Shown one piece after another: positions 48,201 to 57,200 of a DNA stretch of 64,000 bases. Under the pieces are notes generated by a model. The model had not been told where the DNA came from, searched no databases, and worked only from the letters and a program-made list of their open reading frames with translations. Every line of letters begins with the position of its first letter. The first letter of the stretch is position 1. The position numbers and the translations under genes were made by a program. Source of the DNA: a virus; the IMG/VR virus record IMGVR_UViG_3300023179_000053, positions 29,814-93,813 of that record. The stretch is one strand, 5' to 3'.

Positions 48201-51200
48201 CAAATTGCATTAAGAACACTAAATATTGCAACAGCTATGCCAGATGCTACGTCAACGACTTTACCTATTATTGAACTAATAACATTTACAACACTACTGA
48301 AAACACTAACAATTACAGATACGATTGCCAAAAATATTGGCGATACAAAATCATAAACTTTTTTGGCAGCATCAATTATAAATTCAAATATCCCTTTAAC
48401 TATTGGTGCTAGAGCTTTAATTGGGCTCCATATTGCCGGTCCAAGGAATGGAGCTATATTTTGGAATAGTCTAACTATACCGCCAAAGAAATCTCCAATT
48501 GATTTGTAAGCAAAATCAAAAATAATTCTAATGCCATCAAATGGGGCAGATAATGCTCTTCCAATTACTTCTATTATTTTAACTAATACTGGTGTTACAT
48601 ATTGATTAAATAAATCAAAGATAAAACTAATTCCATCAAAAATTTTCTGGAATACTGGCATTACCACTGGCATTAATTTTTCAAATGCAATTATTGTCCA
48701 TTCAACTAATTTTACAAGAAGTAGAGAAATTCCACCAACAACTATCTTAACCGTCTCCCATATAAAATTAAGAGGCGGTCCTATGACAGCTTTTATAGCG
48801 CCCCAAATAGATTTGAAAATTCTTACAAATTCTTTTATAAGCGCTATGGAAATATCAAATGCAAACTTCAATGTTTCCCAAATTACATTCCACGTTGGAG
48901 GACCAAGTTTTACACCAATTTCTTTTAGAATATTCCAAAGCCTTCCACCCCATTCAACAATCCAATCAAAAGCAATAATAAATGGCTTTGAAAAATCTTT
49001 TAACCCTTCCCAAATTTTTGGAATTCCAATCTTTATGCCTTCAAATGTAGCTACAGACAAATCTTTTAAGAAATTAAATGCAGCAACAAGACCATCCCAG
49101 ATTGCTATAACAATACCATTTACTACATCTCTTACTGATTTAAATCTGGCATAGAGATATATCAATGTGCCTATTATAGTTCCAATAATTAATGGTAGTA
49201 ATCCAATTGTTGAACCAATACCTATTGCAAGACCTTTTATAGCAGTCCATATTGGAATTGCAGCCCCCATGCCGGCAACAACACCAACGGCTCCCAAGAT
49301 GGCAGTTTTAAGAGGACCAAGATAATCTGCAATTGAAACAATAATGTCACGAAGTTTTCCAAAAAATCCCTGCTTTGGATCTTCTTTTGGCTCGAGGTCT
49401 CTTGGGTCTACCGGCTTAGCCTGCAAGCCGTAGCCGACTCTGACAAGATTATCTCTTGAATCTTGTGGTGGATTAATCTCACTTGGTGTCAAACTTGGAG
49501 TCTTTGGTTTGTCAGATTGCCCTCCGCCTGAATCTTCTTGAGATCTAGTAGTTTCAATTATTACAATTTTTTTCTTCAACTCTTCTGCAGATGGGAATAG
49601 GTTCGCAAAATATTCTTTTAATTTTTCTAAATCTAGATCTGGGAACATTTCCCCAAATATTCTCTTCAAGTCTTCGACTGGAAGATCTGCAAACAATTTT
49701 TTGAACTCATCATACAAAGTTCCTTTAAGAGCAACGAGCTTTCTCTTCATCTCATTAACCATTTCAATTATTGCAAGACCAGCTGCTTCAATCCAAAGAT
49801 CTTTTGGAACTGTTCTATCTAATTCAGTTTTAACTGCAGTAGAGAACGGAGTAACAAATTGCGGTATAATTCCGGCACTAAATGCTTGCTTGAACGCATC
49901 AGGCATTCCTTTAACAAGATAATACGCCGCACCTAGTATTGACTCAGCATTTGGTCCAGCGACCCCTGCTCCAAATGATCTCTTTGCTTCGTCAACTAAT
50001 TGACTCATTGAAGTACTAAACATTCCAATAGCAGGGTCTGTTCCATCCCTAATCAAGCTTGGAAGTCGAGTCATTGCATTAGTAAATGATGTTGCTAAAT
50101 CATCTGAGAACCCTGACGCAACTGTTTGAATATTAGTAAACATTTGCTTAAATTCTTCTTCATTACTAAAACCACGAATTTTAATTTTTTCAATTCTTTG
50201 ATCAAAATCTTTAAACATCTTATCGTATTCTTTAATAAGAGCTTCTTTTTCTTTATTAATTATCTTTATAGCATCTTCTCTATTCTGACCTTGTAATGTT
50301 TTAACTCTATCTAAATCAAAATCCTTTAATTCTTTATCTTTTTCTTTACTACTCTTTTGGAAAGCAAGATCTAATGACCTCACATCCTCCGATCTTCCTT
50401 CATAAGCAGCAACCTTTCTTTCACGTAAATAATTCTCTCTATCCAGCGCTCGCTCTCTTATCATTTCACGACGCTTTTCTTCGTATTCAATCTTTGCAGT
50501 CAATCTTTCTTCAGCTTCAGCCAAAGCCTCAATTGCTTCTACCTGATTATCAAAAGCTTCAAGAGCTTTATCTTTTTGCTCATTTAAACCTTCTTTTAAT
50601 TTTTCAACAAACTTATCAACTTGCTCATCAGCTCTTCCAAAAAAGTTGTCTGTAAATTCAGACTTAAGATCACGTAATCCGTTTTTAATACCTTTAGCTA
50701 TTTGCTCTCCTAAACTTTCACCACCGGCATTAGCATCTTGAGCAGATCTCATTATTGCATTTTTAACATCTTTTGGCATTTCTTTAATCAAAGTAGCACT
50801 AAGAGCTGAATTTATACCTCTACCGATTGTTTCACCATATTTTTTACCAACAAAGTTTTTGAATTTATCTAACCCTCTCGCTGCGCCTTTTGCTCCGCTA
50901 GTTATTCCATTTGCAATTGATTCACCCACTCCCTTTTGACCAGATTTAACATCGGCTGCAAATTTTTCGATTCTGCCTTCAAGAGCAGTTATCCCAACAC
51001 CGCCAGCGACAATTGCAGCGCCACCAAGGGCGATTGGAAGTTGACCTGATATTGCTCCAACAACTGTTATGATTGATCCAAGTAACATCATAACTTCTTT
51101 TGCAAAACTCATAATTTTTATAAATGCTGTAATTGTTGCTGCAACAATCGCATCAATTATTTTTGCAAGAGTTGGAGCAAACATTTCTAAACCGGCAGCT

Positions 51201-54200
51201 ATAATGCTTACAAATTTACCAACAAAAGCTATTGCTTCATACAGTAATGATAATAATAATCCTTTAAAATTCTTACCGGCTTCAGCGCTTTTACCGCCAA
51301 ATGCAGCTCCAATTGCTCTACCAAGCAATATAAATCTATTGATTATTCTTGTTAAAATGGGAACAACAGTAGATTGCATATACTTTGCACCAACGCCTGT
51401 TGCAAATCTTTGAAATGCTTCAGCAGCTGCACGAATTGCTTTTGATATCACCCATATAAGCCCTGCTGTTCTTTTAACCGAATCATTTTGTTTACTAATA
51501 CCAGCAAATGCTCCGATCATATTTTCCAAAGGTGCTGCGAGCGCATATATTGCATCTTTAATTGCAACCCAAGCAGCTTTAAAGTTTTCAGATGCTGGCG
51601 ATAGACCTTGAATTCCTCGCTTTACTTTTGAAATAATTGCAAACAGCAATACAACAACAGGAGCAATCATTAATAAGGCAGCATTTATCTTAATTGCAAG
51701 TGCTGTAAAGCTTAGAGCAGTTCTTAAAACTGTTTGATATAATTGCTGAAAGCTAGCTACCAGACCTGAAAATTTCATTGTTAGCAAAGCCCTTCCGGCT
51801 GCTATTCCTAATGCCACAAATCCTTTAATTAACGGTTTAATACCAGTGAATAGCAAAAAGCTCCATGCTTTTATTATTTTACTCTTTTGTAAAGATGCAA
51901 AAAATGTTGATAATTCTGTAGCTGTTGTAGCACCGATAGCCTTCCCTAAGCTAAAAAAAGCACCAGCTAAACCTTTTATCATTTTATCTGCGATAGCAGC
52001 AGCTCTTCCTAAACCAGCAATAGCTTTTGAACCAACTAAAGCCGCCATACCAGCCATTCTTGATGAAGCACCCGCACCGCCAAGAGCCGTCACATACATG
52101 TCAAGAAATGCAATACTCATCTTAAAGAATTCGCTAGTTGATTTACCAACTATCTTAAATGCCCCTGATAGTGCAGCGCCACCAACTTTTCCTGCAGCAG
52201 CAAGACCTTTGCCAACAATACTGGCAACGCCACTTAATGCTGTTTTCAATAAACCTGCTTTTGCTACAGCAGCCCCAGTAGCAGCGCTGGCGGCTGTTGT
52301 TGCTGCGGCGGCAGGATCAGCACCAGCGGCTCTCGCAGCAGCTCTTGCATCAATTCTTCGCTTAGCCTCTTCTGCCCTCCTTGTATGGTGTGAAATCCTT
52401 GCTGCTCTTTCCCCTTCCGTCATATCGGAGAATTTCTTTTTATAATCTTTAAACTTGGCATTTGGCATTACTTGCAATGGACCGGCGAAATAATTTGGTC
52501 CTTGAAAGAAATTTGGTCCTTTAAAGAAGTTTGCAAGAGACCTATCAAACTCAACAATAACCTCATCCAATTTTTCAACAATTGCTGAACTTACCACTGC
52601 TGTTGCCGGGGCAGCTGTTGGGACCGCAACACGTGGAGCTCTTGGGGCTGCGCCTGTTGCACCTGCACCTGCTGCACCTGTTGTAGCCGCAGCTGCTGGA
52701 GCTGCACCCGCTGGAGCTGCAGAGGGCGCTGCTGTAGATGCCGACGCTGCCTTTTCAGCTTTTGCCGCTGCATCTCTAGCGGATTTTAACATTGAATTAA
52801 GTTTTCTTTGAGTCTTGTCTAACTCTTTATTATTACTTATTAACGCTTTTGTTTTTTTGTTAAATTCTTTTTCAACTTTTTCAAGCTCTTTTTTCCAAAA
52901 CTTCTGCCCTCTTTCAGAGGTGTCAGTCTTAAGACCTTCTTGAACCTGTGTTAATCGCTTTGCAGCATCTGATATTTCTTTATTTAACACCTCATCTATT
53001 TCTCTTAATGATTTAATTTTTTTGTATAGCTCACTTTTATCTTTGTCACCTTTTAAGAAAGATTTAAGATCAGACAATTTAGTTGTTCTTGCATCAAGTG
53101 CATCTGGAATTGCTGCTGAAGTGGCAGCAGTCCCAACAGTAGTTGCAGCAGTGCCTCCACTAGTAGCGGCAGCCGCAGTGACACCCTCAGTCGCTTCTTT
53201 TATTGCGCCGGTCGTAGCATCACTAACTTTTTCAGCAGCATCGCTAATTGATTTACCAACTTCTTCAGTAACTTCAGCCGCTGCATCTTTTGCAGCCTCA
53301 GCAGCTTCCGTCACCTTTTCAGCCACAGCAGCCTTTACACCTCTCTTACCTTTTGGAGCTAATTCCTCCAATGCCTTCTCACCTTTGCCAGCGGCTTCAT
53401 CAAACATTCTGCCTGCTGTTTCGACATCGAGATCCGGGCGTTCCTTAACAAGTCTCTCCACCACCCTCTTCTTTCTTCTCTCCAAAGCCCGCTGTTCTTT
53501 AGACTTACTCGGTCCTCTTTTACGAGCACCCTTTTCTGCGCTCTCTACAGCCTTATCACTTCTTGCTACTTTTTCTGCACCAATCCCTCCCAGATATTCA
53601 TCAAGCATTTCCTCCTTATAAGTTCCGGCACGGAATGCCTCTGCGATTGGACTCTTTACACCTTCAACTGCAGCGCCAGCAGCAGTCACTGCATCTAAAA
53701 CTGCAGCTTCTACGAAGATTCTAAAATCACTTAAACTAGCAACAACACCAGCAGCTGTAGCAGTTTTTGCACTAGCAATTTTTCTGAATGTGCCCATGAT
53801 AGCGCCTTTTGCCTTCATGAACACTCCGCCATCAACCTCTCTCATCGCAATTGTTCCAGTAGATAATGCTTTTGTTAAATCATCACCTAACGTTTGCAAT
53901 TGACCAAAACTAAACACTTGCTGTATAACTTTAGTAAGTTCATCATTTAATAGTAATGACTGGGACATGACCAGTTTTGCAATATCTGCATATTCAGCAT
54001 TGCCTGTAATGGGCACTGTCATTAGAACTTTTTGAATAACTTTTCTCATCACATTTACCTTTGCAGGATCAAATCCGGCAGGAATTGCTTTTACAAGAAC
54101 ATCATCCAAAAGCCTTGCAATTTCATCAGCTACTGTTTTTGAAACACCAGTTACAGAGGCGGATGCTGCCTTAACAGCATCTGCAAAGAAGACTCTTGAA

Positions 54201-57200
54201 ACACCACCAGGCAGTCTTACAGTACCAGCGCCACTGGCTGAAACTACAGGACGCGCAACACTCGCCGCAGTTGGAGTGGCGGCAGAAGTCGCTGCTGTTG
54301 CTCCTTTAATAACCCCAGCATCAAGTTTTGCCTGTGCAGTCATGGCAGCCTCGGCAGCCTCTATTGACCCATACTTTTCTAAGAGAGCAGCCCTAGCTTT
54401 TAGAAATGCCTTTCTTATTTTATTTCTAGAATCTGTTGCAGCTTTACTTCCATCTTTAGCAATTGCTGCCATTTCTGCATCTACCAATGCAACTCTATTA
54501 CGTGCCTCTTCTAACATTTTAGATATACGAGTTCTTTTAGTTTGATCTAACTTTGGAAGACTTTTCTCGACTTGAGGCAAAGTCTGACCGAAAGTCATAT
54601 GATCTTTGTCTAATACATCTTGAATCATTCTTGACTTAACTCTTGACATTAAGCCTTTTCTAGAAACTAATTTCTGCTCTGCTTCTGGATTGTATCTTTG
54701 ATCCAGCGGGTTAAATTCAGCAAGACTTTGCTGGTCTCTTATTTGATCTCTAGCTATTGAGGAAATAACTTGCCTTCTCAGGGCGGCAATTCTTTGAGGT
54801 GAAATTTTTTTCCCTTGTGGCGTTGTTTGCATAAGTCTTTGATTTACTTTTTCAGTCAAAGCTTTATCAACACCTGAATCTAAAGCTTCATTAATATCAT
54901 CAATTTTACTTTGTAATAACATTTCATATAAAGCTTTCATTTGAATATCAGCTTTTGGCACAGCAGCGCTTGGGACAGTTTTTGCAAATCTTTCAGTTAA
55001 AATCTTGTAATAATTTTTATTAGCTGTATCTCCACCACCAAGACCGCTTACAGCTGCCGCACCCATGTCTTTGTCTAGTTGAATATCAGTAAATGCTTTT
55101 CCGAGAGCACTCGGCGCTGTAACCAGGGTTCGTGGAGAGCCTTTAAGAACTTGTTCAGCTTCAAATTGCATTTTTTTAGCTGTCAAATCTGCGAGTGCTT
55201 TTGCGTGTGTCTTACGAGCAACATCTAAATTTTTAGTTAGACTGGCACGTGTTCCTTGTGGTATATCAGTTCTTGCAAGAGCATCTTCAAAAACTTTAAT
55301 TTCTTTTGAAAGCTTATCTACATGTTTTTCTAATTCGCCATATCTAATTGAAGCATCGGAGCTATAATTTACTACTTCTTGTAAACCATAAATTTCTGCA
55401 TCTAAGCCATTAAAAACACCTTTAAGCAATTTAGCCCTTGCCGTTTCAAAATCGGCATTTAGTTTTCTTGCTGCATCTGCAGCAGCTTCTTTAGCGGCGT
55501 TTTCCGCCGCCTTGCTTGCTTTTGCAGCTTTAGCTGCGGCACTACGAGCAGCGTTAGGATCCGCCCCCGCTCCACCAACTGCATTTAAAAGATTACCAGA
55601 TTCTGTTGCTGTTAAACCGCCGGCTTCAACTCTTTTCTTAAAAATATCTTCATATACTTCTACAGCATGACTTTTTTGATTAAGAGTGCGAGCTGCTATT
55701 TTTTTACCATCTTTATCAACACCACCAGCCCTGCCTGGTCTAAACTTAAACCTCCTTCCTCTCTTAGAGCCCTGCCCTTTGTCTGCAATTAGCTCTCCAA
55801 ACGGACCAGTAACTCTCATTTGTTCGGTCATAGCTTGATCAAACAATTGCTTTTGAGCAATATCAATTTTTTCTCTTAAAGCAATAACTTCATTTGCTGC
55901 TTTTTTAGCTACTGCTGTATCTTTAGAACCCTGAAGCTCCAGAGCCCTTTCTAATTTATTTTCTAATTCTATTACCTGATTAGCCCTTGCCTTTAACTCT
56001 TTTGAAATATTACGACCCAGCCCTTTATTTTTTGGATCTTGTGCAAATGATAAAGCTTCATTTACTGCTTTTGGAGCTTTTACATCTCTTACCTCAACCG
56101 CCATTTGTTGAGTATCTTTAAGCAGAGTTTTCATTTTTGTTTCTGAAACTTCCCATTCTTTATCCCACGTTCTTAAGAACATATAATCGTTAGGCAAAGA
56201 TACGTGAACATCATCTAACGCTTTAACAATATCTCTTGTATGCAAAGTAACTGTTTTAGCAACTCTTCCACCTTTTGATGCAGCTTTTTTAGCATCATCT
56301 ATACCATCTGTTATAGTTGCTGCAGCATCAGATGATACAGAAGTTACAGCTGCCGCAGTATCTGCAACTACTGCACCAACTCCGGCAGTTACATCAGCAA
56401 CTACATCCGTTCCTTTTTTAACCGCATCTTTAACGCCCTTCGTAACTCTCTTTTTAACTTCAGCTACAGTTTTTTTAACCGGCTCAGGACCGGGAATTGT
56501 TGGCAATACAGGAGTTGTTGGTACTTTAAAACCACCGGCTGGTATGCCGCTTGTGCCAGTTACAGGTGGAGGTAGCGATGGACCATACGTTGGTCTTGTG
56601 TCTGGAGGTAGCGATGGACCATACGTTGGTCTTGTGTCTGGAGGCGGCACTTCTGGTCCATACACAGGACTAGGCGCTGGGGGACCATATGTTGGTCTTG
56701 TATCGGCAGGTGTTCTAGGAGACCTAGGCGTTCTTGGTCCACGAGGTGTGCCGGCACGACCTGTTCCACTGCCGCCTGGACCTCCAGTAAATGTATTACC
56801 CATAAATCTGTTACTGGTAAATACGGCTCCTTTAAAACCCACCGCAAGAGCTTCTTTAACTGAATCACCGACAGCTTTAGCAGTTGTAGCAGCAGCATCA
56901 GCAGTCCCATCAAGTGCGTCTATAGCACCACCTAGTGCTTCTATTTCCAAACCACCCGCTGGAAGACCAGCGGCTCTTCTTATGATTGACTTAAGACTCC
57001 CAGATCCCGGTCCTGAGCCTTGTTGCATTATTTTTTGCAATTGTGGATTTAAACCACTAACGTCTGTTACAGCACCTCTCTTTCTTCCAGACAAAAGAAC
57101 TTGCTGACCACCTGGGAGTGATGTTGCATTTTGCCATCCTTTAAGCGCTTTTCCACCACGCATTATTAGATCAGTAACATCAACTATCTTTGCACCTGTC

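Noticed and set aside
45447-57107. Many plus-strand ORFs (up to 199 aa) opposite the tape measure gene
   Set aside because: They are antisense shadows of the biased codon usage of the TMP, with no recognisable domains; the same applies to the other plus-strand ORFs in the window
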